Origin: Piromyces finnis finn
Lineage: Eukaryota > Fungi > Neocallimastigomycota
DNA: 64,000 nucleotides
Direction of reading: 5' to 3'
Assembly: GCA_002104945.1 (NCBI GenBank)
Contig: MCFH01000024.1
Span: forward strand, 434,001-498,000
Shown here: in pieces, positions 40,453 through 51,791 of the stretch
How the letters are laid out: each line of letters begins with the position of its first letter
How positions within the stretch are numbered: the stretch's first letter is position 1
The notes under the pieces: generated by a model
The model's input: only the letters and a program-made list of their open reading frames with translations
Database searches by the model: none
What the model was told of the DNA's origin: nothing
Translations under genes and position numbers: made by a program

Positions 40453-42792
40453 TTAATCATGACTTTGTAGGGTATCTAGCCATGCTTTTTTTAATTTATT
40501 GAACATTTGCATCCTAAAACTTGTTTTTTCCAATTTTCGATATATTTCTTGGTCGGTTTCTATCCGGTTTTTTTCAAAATCGTCATTATCGACATTCCTT
40601 ACTTTATTTTTACCTAATAAAATATATTTTATAATATGTTGATTACGTCTATCTAACCTTTCTTTATAAAGGGGTATCTCGTTGATCCTCATTTCTTTTA
40701 AAATTATTCTCATTCGCTCTTCCCTTACCATTGAAATGTCTTCCTTTTGATATTCCCTGGGTTGTTGGTAAGCCGTGGTTATACGAATGGATTTTAAACC
40801 TGTTAATCCAAACAGACCATCAGAAATTTTATCGATCGAATCAATTTTCGGATTTTCCGTTAAATGAACCTCACCTAAATGCTCACAATGAATAATTTGG
40901 GATGGAATGTCATCCAAATTATTCCGACCAACATTTAATACTTTTAATTTCGGCATCATACTGATATCCAATGGAATTTGGGTTAATCCTTGACCACTTA
41001 AATCAAGATAGGTGTCCCATTCCGTCGCTCCAAAAGTAAAGATACTTTTATTTTCGGAAAGACAAAGGGTTTTTAAATTAATTAAATTTGACATTTCTTT
41101 CGGTAATTCTGTTAATTCATTTTTAAAAAGATTTAATTCTTGTAAATTTATTAAATTTCCAATTTCTTTTGGTAGGCCCGTCAATTTATTTTTATTTAGA
41201 AACAAGGTTTCTAAATGAATTAAATTTCCTATCTCTTTTGGTAGGTTTGTTAATTGATTGGTGCTGAAATAGGCTTTTTGTAGATTTATTAAATGTTCTA
41301 TCGCGGTGGGTAATTCTACTAATCCAACTTCCGAGAGATCTAATTCTTTTAAATTTTTCAACTCCATGATTTCTTTTGGCGGATGGAGGAATTGATTTTT
41401 ATAGAGATCTAATTCGTTTAGATGATGCTTTAGGTTTGTTAGCTCGTTGGGTAGGTCGGTTAATTGATTTTCATAAAGATCTAAACGTTGTAAATGGTAT
41501 AAATGTCCAATTTCTTTTGGAAGTTCGGTTAATGCATTATTGGAGAGGTATAATTTTTGTAAATGAATTAATTGTCCAATTTCATTAGGTAGTTTGACCA
41601 ATCCTATGTCAGAAAGATTTAATAGGTTTAAATTTATTAAATGCCAAATTTCTTTGGGTAGTTCAACATGCCTATTGTGAGATAGATTTAATTTTTTTAA
41701 ATGGATTAAATTTCCTATTTCTTTCGGAAGTTGAGTTAATTTATTTCCTTTAAGGTTCAACTCTTCTAAATTGACTAACCTTCCAATTTCTTTTGGAAGT
41801 TCGGTTAATTGATTTTCATAGAGGATCAATGTCTGTAAATGAGGCATATTAAAAATTTCTTTGGGAAGGTGTGTTAATTTTTTTGAACCAAGATTTATTT
41901 CTGTTAAATTTATTAAATTTTCTATTGTTTTAGGAAGTTCGAGTAATCGGTAGCAATGACAAAGTTCTAATTTTTGTAAATGGATTAGATTTTCTATTTC
42001 GATTGGGAGTTCGGTGATATTCGTATATCCCAAGGACCATTCTTTTAAATTTATTAATTGGCCCGTCTTTTTCGGTAATTCGGTTAAATTTGTGTATTTC
42101 ACGGACAATTCTATCAACTGTACCAAACTTCCTATTTCTTTAGGTAATCGAATGAATTGATAATTATAGTTAAGATTCAGGATTTGTAAATTTTTTAAAT
42201 TACCTATTTCGATAGGAAGCCCAATTAATTTATTATTTTCAAGGTTCAAGACTTGTAATTCTTTTAAATTTTCTATTGTTTTAGGAAGTCCAATTATTTT
42301 ATTATGACTGACGGATAGGTATTTCAAATTTATTAGACATCCTATCTCTTTAGGTATTTCAGTTAATTTATTTTTTTTAAGGTTTAGTTCTTTTAAGTTT
42401 ATTAAATGAGCTATCTCCTTGGGAAGGACAGATAATTTATTGTTTTCAAGATTCAGTAGTTGCAAATGTATTAAATTTCCAATTTCGTTGGGGAGTACCT
42501 TTAGTTTATTATTCCCCAGGAATAGTTCACATAAATTTCTTAAATTAAATAACTCATTGGGTAGTTCGGTTAAATTATTAAATGAAAGATTTAATTTTTG
42601 TAAATTCTTTGACTGTGAAAGTAACTGTATAAATTGCTTTAGGAATCGTTTTTCAAGATTTTTACAATTAATTTTCAATTGATTTAATTTCGGAGCCACC
42701 TCATTGACATTAGTTTTCAAAAAATCATTTGCATTCCATTCTGTGTTGACTAAAAATTCCTGTGGTGCCATTTTTATTTCATTTTTACTCAT
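40453..42792 (-). CDS. Intronless leucine-rich repeat protein, 779 aa (about 23 regular LRRs, 3-4 degenerate LRRs and an unrecognised C-terminal tail)
   Basis: Uninterrupted ORF with consensus LxxLxLxxNxLxxLPKEIGxLxx. No signal peptide, TM helix, kinase, NB-ARC or Roc/COR motif seen. Confidence 0.92.
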   Translation of the reverse strand: MSKNEIKMAPQEFLVNTEWNANDFLKTNVNEVAPKLNQLKINCKNLEKRFLKQFIQLLSQSKNLQKLNLSFNNLTELPNELFNLRNLCELFLGNNKLKVLPNEIGNLIHLQLLNLENNKLSVLPKEIAHLINLKELNLKKNKLTEIPKEIGCLINLKYLSVSHNKIIGLPKTIENLKELQVLNLENNKLIGLPIEIGNLKNLQILNLNYNYQFIRLPKEIGSLVQLIELSVKYTNLTELPKKTGQLINLKEWSLGYTNITELPIEIENLIHLQKLELCHCYRLLELPKTIENLINLTEINLGSKKLTHLPKEIFNMPHLQTLILYENQLTELPKEIGRLVNLEELNLKGNKLTQLPKEIGNLIHLKKLNLSHNRHVELPKEIWHLINLNLLNLSDIGLVKLPNEIGQLIHLQKLYLSNNALTELPKEIGHLYHLQRLDLYENQLTDLPNELTNLKHHLNELDLYKNQFLHPPKEIMELKNLKELDLSEVGLVELPTAIEHLINLQKAYFSTNQLTNLPKEIGNLIHLETLFLNKNKLTGLPKEIGNLINLQELNLFKNELTELPKEMSNLINLKTLCLSENKSIFTFGATEWDTYLDLSGQGLTQIPLDISMMPKLKVLNVGRNNLDDIPSQIIHCEHLGEVHLTENPKIDSIDKISDGLFGLTGLKSIRITTAYQQPREYQKEDISMVREERMRIILKEMRINEIPLYKERLDRRNQHIIKYILLGKNKVRNVDNDDFEKNRIETDQEIYRKLEKTSFRMQMFNKLKKAWLDTLQSHD

Positions 42793-42811
42793 TTCTATCG
42801 TTATACTGATT

Positions 42812-42842
<31 letters not shown>

Positions 42843-44227
42843 GAAATTAATTTCGAAATTTGAAATTACTTTTTTATGGGATTTTAAACTATTATCTAAT
42901 CCTTTTTTATTTTTGAAAGAAAAAAAAAAAAGGGGGATTTTTTTCTCTGGATTTTATATTATCTTTTACCAATAAATTTATTATTATATTTTAATTATTA
43001 TATATATTTATTAAGAAATTGTTTTATCATTATTATTTTGAAATTGACTTCATTTCTGTTCCATTTTTTAAATAAATTTTTTTTTTTTTTTTTTTTTTAT
43101 AAAAGTATAAAATTATAAAAAAGGCTAAAAAAAAAAAGTATTTATGAAAGAAAGATAGAAACTAATAATAATAATAATTTTATTTTTCTTTCTTTCTTTC
43201 TTTTTTTTTTTTTTTTAATATTATTATTGATAACACGAATTGAGAATAGATGTAAAAAAAGTTTATCAAAGGTAACACTATTTTTTCTTTTTTTTTTTTT
43301 TTTTCAATATTTAAATAATAAAATTTAATTGTGGCTTTCTTATAATGTGGCTTACTCTTCTATGGTTGTGTAACAAAATGAATTTTTCCTTTTTTTAATG
43401 TATGGTTCAAATGAAAGAAAACTTCTAATAAAATTTAATCTTTTCTTGACAACAAAATAATAATTTATGATTTGAAAAGAATATCTAAAAAAAAAAAGTT
43501 TAAAGATAGTAATATTATTACTAAAGTTGTTCCTGTCATGAATTTTTTTATTTTTTTTTTTTTTTTTCGGTTATAGCAATATTTTTCTTGAATTAAATTT
43601 CCATTTAAAACATCCTTATCTATATAAAACAAAAGTCGCTTTTTACGAACAGAACTAACAAAAAATAGATCATTTCATTTAATATGAAGTTATAAGCATT
43701 AAAATTCTAATTTATGAATGCTACACTAAAATTTCTATTTTTTTAATAATGTTTTTTTTTTTTTTTTGTATTTTTTTTTTTTATTAATTTTATTGATTTT
43801 TTTTTTAACTATTGTTAATTATTATAAATGATATATAAATTTTATAAGCATGATGTATATAATTAAAAGATGTTTTTTTTTTTTATTTATTTTTATTAAT
43901 TTTTTTTTTGTATTAATTTGCTTAAATTGAAGAGTTATAATATATAGAATTAAACTTTAAAATATTATTGTAAATTCTTATTCTACTTTTTTTTTTTATA
44001 AAAGAGTTAAATCATTCAATTCTTTTCATCTTTTTAAAAATGTCGATTTTTTTCTTAATGTCGTTATTAAATTTACATATATATATGTGAAAAAAAAAAA
44101 AAAAAAAAGAATGAGAAATGGAAAATTTAAACTCTTTTAAAAAATTTTTTTTTTTCGCTTTTTTTTTTTTCAATTTGTTTTTTTTTTTTTTTGCAAGTCG
44201 TTATGATTATGATTACTGTTTTATGAT

Positions 44228-47200
44228 TTATGGGCTTTCAAGTGGAGCAACATTAGAAACAACACCTTCAGCATAACTTATTTGAACAGTTAATTTACCT
44301 GGACCATTTTGAACATCAAAGTCTTTAGTTATAGTGATTTGATCAGTTTTGAAAAGAACTTCATTAAGGTTAATTTCAACAAAACCAATATCAACACTCT
44401 TTCCAAATTTATTACTGTCTTTAATAATAAAATCAATGACTGGATCAGATACATCCTTTTCAAATGGAATACTACATTCTTCATTCCAAGTTGGGTTTAA
44501 TGTCTTTTTAATGGATTTAGTCTTATAGAAAGTATTCTTTTGATGTTGAACCTTAACGTATGGATCACTAGTACCACCATTGTCAACTGCCTTTAATCCT
44601 TCAGCACTTATGACCTTAATCTTAAGACTACTGCCACTAGCATTCTTATCCTTCTTACTTCCGGCCTTCTTAATACCACGAGTAACACCACCAACAATAC
44701 TACCAACACCTCCAACAACACCGCCGGCAACACCACCAACGACATTACCAACACCACCGGCAACACCACCGACAACATTACCGACACCACCAACAACAGT
44801 ACCAACACCACCGACTAACTTGTTACCAGAAAGACGGTTGTGCATTCTAATGTTATGGATGGCTGGTTGGAAGTTTAATCCAAGAGTAATATCACCACAT
44901 GAAATCTTTTCATTGTTCTTATTTGGCTTGTATAATGGTAATTTAATATTAATTGGTTCACTATCGTAAACTTCATAGAGTGGAACTTCAGCTTGACCAA
45001 TAGATTCATCCTTTCCAATTTGGTTCCAGTCGTAAACTTCAAATACTAACTTGTTATTCATACGTTCAGCAATTGGAACGGTAAAGGATTCATTCCAAAT
45101 TGGATTTAAGGTCTTTTTAATGACACCGGTCTTCTTAATTTCTTGACCTCTTAACATAACCTTAACATATGGATCACTGGTACCACTGTGATCAGCAGCA
45201 ATAACATTGGCTTGATCAATCTTGACGGTAAGATTACCCATTTGTGGTGAAAGTTCACTTCTTTGTAAACTCATATCTAATGGTTCGTATTGAATTCCAA
45301 GCTTAATCTTGGTGGAATTGTCTTCACAAATGTGGACAAATGGATTCTTGAAACCAGTTTTACCAACAAGTAATTGTTCAACTGGAACAGCGTATTGAGT
45401 GATCTTCTTAACACTGCTACCATTTCTTTCGTTAATGGCAAAGACGATCTTAGTCGTCTTGTAGTTTCTGATGAAGGCTTCAACAATATCTTCAATATTG
45501 CTTTCTTTAAGAGGCTTTGTAGTTTTCTTAGAACTTAATAATATATGTTCTGGTTCATCTTCTAAATAGACATCAACATTGAAGAAGGCTTCCTTTGGTA
45601 AGTCCTTAACACTAAAGACCTTAACATGAAGAATACCAGAGAGTAAATTAGATGCTTGGACTTTATCAATAAAGGTTCTATCAGTATTTTCAGAAGCTAA
45701 AATATCTTCAATCTTTTCTTCTTCCTTTTCCTTTTCTTTTTCAACTTCAGCAAAACCAATATCGGCAAAGTCAAAGTATTTGATATCGAATTCAATTCTT
45801 CCCTTACTAACTTGGTTTCTTGATTGGTTTTCAAAAAGTGGAACACTGACAGCAATATTTTCATGTTCCTTCATCTTAATTTCTGGTAATGGATTCATAT
45901 TTTCCCAAGCCTTACTTAATAAAGGTTGTTCCCCGTTAATTTTAATGTTTCTACAAACATCAGTAATGTTAACTTCAACCTTACCTAATTTTGAATCATT
46001 CTTGACTTCATCATGATCAAAGACTTCAAAACTAAGTCTATCGTTTTTAGAACGAATCATAAGATAGTAGACTTCATTCCATTCTGGGTTAAGATCCTTG
46101 TCTACAATATCAGTAACACCAACTTCCTTACCAGAAAGATTAATTTTAACATATGGATCAGAGGTACCAAAGGTTTCCTTGTTCTTTAAGTTTCTAGCAC
46201 CCTTGAGGTGTAAACGGCAAACACCAATTGGCTTTTGTAAGCTGGTAGAAATATCAATAACTAATGGCTTCCATTCAACACCAATATTGATAGCAGCTTC
46301 TTCGAACTTGCTAGATAATTTGAACCAATTAGCTGCTGGATCTTCCTTGATACGTTCAAAGATTTCATAGAGATCCCATGAGAAAGTACCAAGAGTTGAG
46401 TCGGAACCAGTTTCTTGGTTCTTTACGGCAACAGTTAACTTGGCAGTGCTAAAGTTCTTAACAAAGACATCCTTGAAAGCACCGAAAGATGGATTATTGT
46501 TGTACTTTCTGACATTAGTTCTCATAACTTCCTTACCATCGATATCGGCAACACAGTAGGAATTTGGATTCTTTTCTAACTTTGTAACCTTGTAAATCCA
46601 GATTCTAGCGATACCAGTTTCACTGAATAAATCAGCAGAGTTATCTTCAGCATTATCATTGAATTGGTTTAATGGGATGTAATTGATACCCATTCTAATG
46701 GTACCAGCTGGTTTAGTAGTATCAATTTTATTTTCTTTGTTAAGTTGGTATAATGGAACAATGGTATCAGAGTCAACTAATGGATTACCCCATTGGTTAA
46801 TGTATTCCTTCTTTTCGAGTTCTGTTAATCCAGAAATGTAGTCTTCAGCAGATTTTTCTAAACTATCAAGTAACTTTTGAGCAAAACTCTTACCCTTTTC
46901 TTTCTTAAGAAGTTCATCTCTTCTCTTTTGTTTTTCGGCCTTTCTGATCTTTCTAATTTCACGAGCATCAGTAATACCTTGCTTAACAATACTTTCGATA
47001 AATGCAGCTTCTCTTGCTTCATCAATCTTCTTCTTTCTTAAGTATTCACATAAGGCAATGTAATGACGTAAGTTAAGATCTTCAGCACGACCCATAACAC
47101 TATCCTTCTTAAGATTATTATCGGTCATGGCTTCAATTAAGGCAATATCAGAGTTATTCTTTGGATCGGAATATATAAGACCGGAAACAATAACATATTC

Positions 47201-48852
47201 AACATGATTCCAAGTTGGGTTAAGATCATTGTCAATAACATTAGTCTTGGTAAGAATATTACCATTAATAGATAATTGGGCATATGGATCATCAGTACCG
47301 ATTTTACTGTTGTTCTTTAATTCCTTACCTTCATAGAAGTTAACCTTAAGAAGACCAATTGGTTGATCTAAAGTCATTGACTTGAGCATATCTTCAACAT
47401 CAATGGTAATTCTAGTTGGTTCTAAAGCAATAGATGAAATAACCATTTGGATAATCTTACCAATACCAGCATCTAAACCTGGAATACTCATAACATCCAT
47501 ACCACCTAATGGTTTTAATTCCCATTTAATATTTGGTTGTTCAACAAAAGTAAATTCAACCTTTTTAACGTATGGGAAAGTTTCCATAGTAGTAATAACG
47601 AATAATAATTTTCCAACAAAGAGAATATCAGTAACCTTGGTTGGAACATAGGTTGGAATGATGGCTGGTTTAATAGAAAGACAAATGTTAGAGGCTCTCT
47701 TTTCACCTGATTCAATATCATATTTAGAAATTTTTTCAGTATCAAGTGGTTCATACTTGGCAGTACAAGTAAATTTAATAACGTTTGGATCAGTATCGGT
47801 ACTTGGACACATTTCCATTAATTTTGGAGCTTCAGTACCCAATGAAAATTCAGTAATCTTAATAGCATCAAAACCAAGATTATTTAAACCAACATTAGTA
47901 ATGATATCATCTAAAACACCATTAACACTATCCATAACAATACCACCAATTAATGGTTCAGCAGTTGGCCAAGCCTTTTGAAGAATGTAATTTAACCAGT
48001 TAATAGTTTCTGGATTATCTGGATTTAATTTTACCTAATATTATATAAATATAAAAATATAAAAATTTATGTAAGAAAAAAAAAGATTGCTCTATTTATT
48101 GTAATAATATATCATCTTAAGAAGAAAAAAAAAACGATTGATACCTTTTGGTTGTAAGCCTTTCTTTCTTTATTGTAGTATAAGTGCTTTTGTTTATTAT
48201 TGTAATTAATATAAGCTAATAAAGTAGCACCCATAATACCAAAAGTCCAATAAATAGAAAAGCCTATACGAGTTAATAACCAAGAGGCTAAACAAGCAAA
48301 AACGAGGATACCACATTCATCTCTAATACTTTGTAATAAGAATAAATTAGCATATTTACTATCCATGGTTTTACCCTTTCTTTTCATTTTTTCTTGTTCT
48401 TTCTTTAATTCCTTTGGGCTCATATTAAAGAATTTTGAAACTTCACCTGGGTTTTCACTAAACATTTGAGAAATAAAAGTTGGACCATCGATGGTTATTT
48501 TTTTACCATCTGATTGAATAACACCGTCATTATCTCCTAATTTGCTTTTTTCATCATCTAAACTTTGTTGATCTTCATTTGAAATAGAAGAAATAGAATC
48601 ATCAATTTCAGTTGCGTGAGCATCTCCTGGAGCTAATTTAGTATTGTCAACAGGTTTATTTTCTGAAGCAGCATTGACTTCTGGTGTTTCTGAATCAGGT
48701 TGAACTGATTCAGCTACTGGAGCTTGTTCTTGAACTGGAACTGGAGTAACTTTAAGTTCTGGTGTTGGTTTAGTTTCTTGATTGTCAATTTGATTGTCAG
48801 TTGTATTGTTATTTATGGGTTCAACTGTATTAACGTTTTCAGTTGTTTCCAT
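44228..48852 (-). CDS. Tricalbin / extended-synaptotagmin-like ER-plasma membrane tether (TM hairpin, SMP domain, multiple C2 domains), 2 exons
   Basis: Exon 1 (48852-48145) ends with hydrophobic CGILVFACLASWLLTRIGFSIYW. Exon 2 (48034-44228) starts ETINWLNYILQKAWP (SMP) and has several C2 signatures (GTSDPYVK, KKTLNPIWNESF, DVDKDLNPEWNE-like). Confidence 0.92.
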
Positions 48853-48944
48853 TTTGTCTTTTTTTTTTTTTTTTTTACTTCTATATTGAAAATATTACAA
48901 AAATTAATTATATATTAGTTAAAAAGTTTTCTATAAAATTTTTA

Positions 48945-48982
<38 letters not shown>

Positions 48983-51650
48983 TCTATTTAAATTTTTGAA
49001 TAAATGTATATATAATATCAATTTAAATATCCTTTTTTTTTTTTTTACAGTTTTAAAATATATTTATTTATTTCGCGTAAAACTGATTTTTAATACATTT
49101 TTATTTTTTTAAATAATATTCTGTATTTTACTATTTATGAATATTTATTTCAGGTTATGCTCTTTTACTTTTTTTTTTTTCCTATTTTATGTTACTCTTT
49201 CTTTAAAAATAACTTTTTTTTTTCTATTGAGTTTAGTATATCCCGTTTTCAACTTTATTATTCATATATATGTATTTAGGTGTTTATCAAAAAAAAAAAA
49301 AAAAAAAACTTTTTTCTTTATTTATTTGTCCTTTTTTGATATTATAACAATAGCAATAATAATAATAATATTTAATAAATAAATAGTAAATTAAAACTTA
49401 CAAAGTCTGTAATCTAGGAAATTTAAATAAAACTAATCAATAAGCTATATTTACTTTTATTTTTTTTATTTATTAATAAAACGCAATTAATTTATTATTG
49501 CTTTTTATTTTATATATATATACAAAATTAATATTTATTTTTATGCTTTATTTATATATATATATTTATATTTATTCGTTTTTTTTTTTTGTTTTTTTCT
49601 TGTTATTATTCTTGCTTTATTGTTTAGTCCTTGCTATATTTTTATTTATTTATTTTTACTACTTTTTTTTTTTTAACTCAATACGACTTAATCTTTAAAT
49701 GACAAAAATAAAACGTAAGTGGAAAAAAAAAAAAAGTAAAAAATTTAATTAGTTTTTTTTTTATAAATTTAAAAAAAAAAAGATTAAAAATAAATTTTAA
49801 TTTTAATATATTAATAAATATATTTAATATATATTTTATATATTAATAATTAACATTAATAAATATATTAATAATTTAAGATTTTTAATTAAGTTTTTAT
49901 TTTAAAAAAAAATATTATTTTGATCAAATTTATATTATTTTTTATTTTAATATTGAAAACTTATCCTAATACTTTTTTATATTCATGGTTTATAAAAACC
50001 TGATTTTTTTTTTTTATTATTAGTACTGTTGGGTTGGTTTATACCTCTTTTTTTTTACAAAAATATTATTTCTTTTTTATTAAAGAAAAAGAAAAGGTTT
50101 CACTTTATCATTTATATTTTATAATAGTTTTATTTTAATATTAAATCATCACCTAAAGATAATAGAATTACTTTATTGTTATTCTTTTTTTTTTTTTTTT
50201 TTTTTTTGATAACTTTATCAAAAAAAAATTTTATTCAAACTATACTATTATTAATTATTTTTACCATATTTACATGAATAGTTATTGTTGAATTCAATGT
50301 TTACAAAATATTTCATAATGACATGAAAAGATGAATGACCCATGTCAATTTCATCACTATAACACCAACTATGTAAATAAATAAATAAAAAAACTTACTT
50401 TTATTCGGTAAACCAAAAAGTCTTGTTGATATAAAAATGGTAAAAAAAAAAAAGTAAATAAACAATACAGATAGTAATGTAGTTTTATTTATTTTTATAT
50501 CACAATATATTTATTTACTTTAAAAGAGTTTTTTTTTTTATAAACTTTTAAGAAAAAAAAAAAAAGAAAAAAAAATTAAAGCAGCTATTGAGATTATTGG
50601 CTACTGACTACCAGAGAATAAACTATTTTTTAAAACAATAATTAATAATAAGAAAAAAAAAAAACTTTTTGTGGCTATTTTATAGAAACTCATCAGTTTG
50701 CATGGCCTAACTATCTCTTTAGCCTTCCAAAAAAAAAGCATGATTTAATATTTAATAAAATTTAATATGAATTTGAATTTATTAAAAATAAGGTTATATA
50801 TATTTTTATTACAATATAATAATTAGAAACATAATAATATTATAATAAATGTAAACAGTATATTTATATGAAATACATTATTACTACATTATTTAAATAG
50901 AGCAATGGTTAGGGAAAAATAGATATAGAGAAATAAATGAAATAACCCACCATTCCTTCTACAATAAATAAATAGCTTTTTTTTTTATTTCATTTAGTTG
51001 AAATTCCCTTTTTTTAAAAAAGTAAACTTTTAAATGTCTTTTTTTGAAAATAATATTAATTATGGCTATTCACATTTAATATATTGATATAATATATTAA
51101 GAGTATAAATGCTTTTAAAATGAAATTTTTTTTATATTTGAATGTCAAAAAAAAATTAATATAAAAATTAATATTAAAATTTAATAATATAATAGTACAA
51201 TATATTATGATATATTGAAATTTATATTGAAATGAATGTTACATCAATTTTAATTCTATTTTAATTATTCCAATTATAGTAAAAAAAAAACAATTCTTTT
51301 TGGTGGTGGTTTTTTTTGGTGGTGTGAAATACCCTTACTTTTCCTGAACGAACAAGAAGAGGTTTTATGGCTAGTTCAGAAAAAGTATTCTAGTTGATTA
51401 GTGTACTTTATTAGTACATAAGCCATGAATAAAGATTTATATTCCTAACTTTGATGCAATCAATTTCATGTATAATTATATCAAAAGTGTAAAAGGTAGT
51501 TATGAAATATCAAAAGATGAAAAATAACTCTATTTTTTTAATATAAATATATATAATATATAATAGCTATAATGGAATAATTCAACATAAATAATGTTAG
51601 AAAATTATTTAAAATAATAAATTTCAACCAGAAGTCTTTTATACTGTATA

Positions 51651-51657
51651 TATTTAC

Positions 51658-51692
<35 letters not shown>

Positions 51693-51791
51693 TTCAATCA
51701 TTCACTCATTTATTTATTCATTTATTTATTCACTCATTCATTTATTTATTTATTTATTCATTCCCTCATTTATTTATTTACTTATTTATTT
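51651..51791. repeat. (ATTT)n tetranucleotide microsatellite with ATTC/ACTC variants
   Basis: Directly visible TATT/CATT repeat run. Confidence 0.9.

Noticed and set aside
44309-47981. Several plus-strand ORFs overlapping tricalbin (e.g. 44580-44969 with PPTT repeats)
   Set aside because: Antisense shadows of a codon-biased gene and of its Gly/Val repeat.
51340-51540. Slightly GC-richer patch with short open frames (IYIPNFDAINFMYNYIKSVKG)
   Set aside because: Too short and interrupted to support a gene or element.
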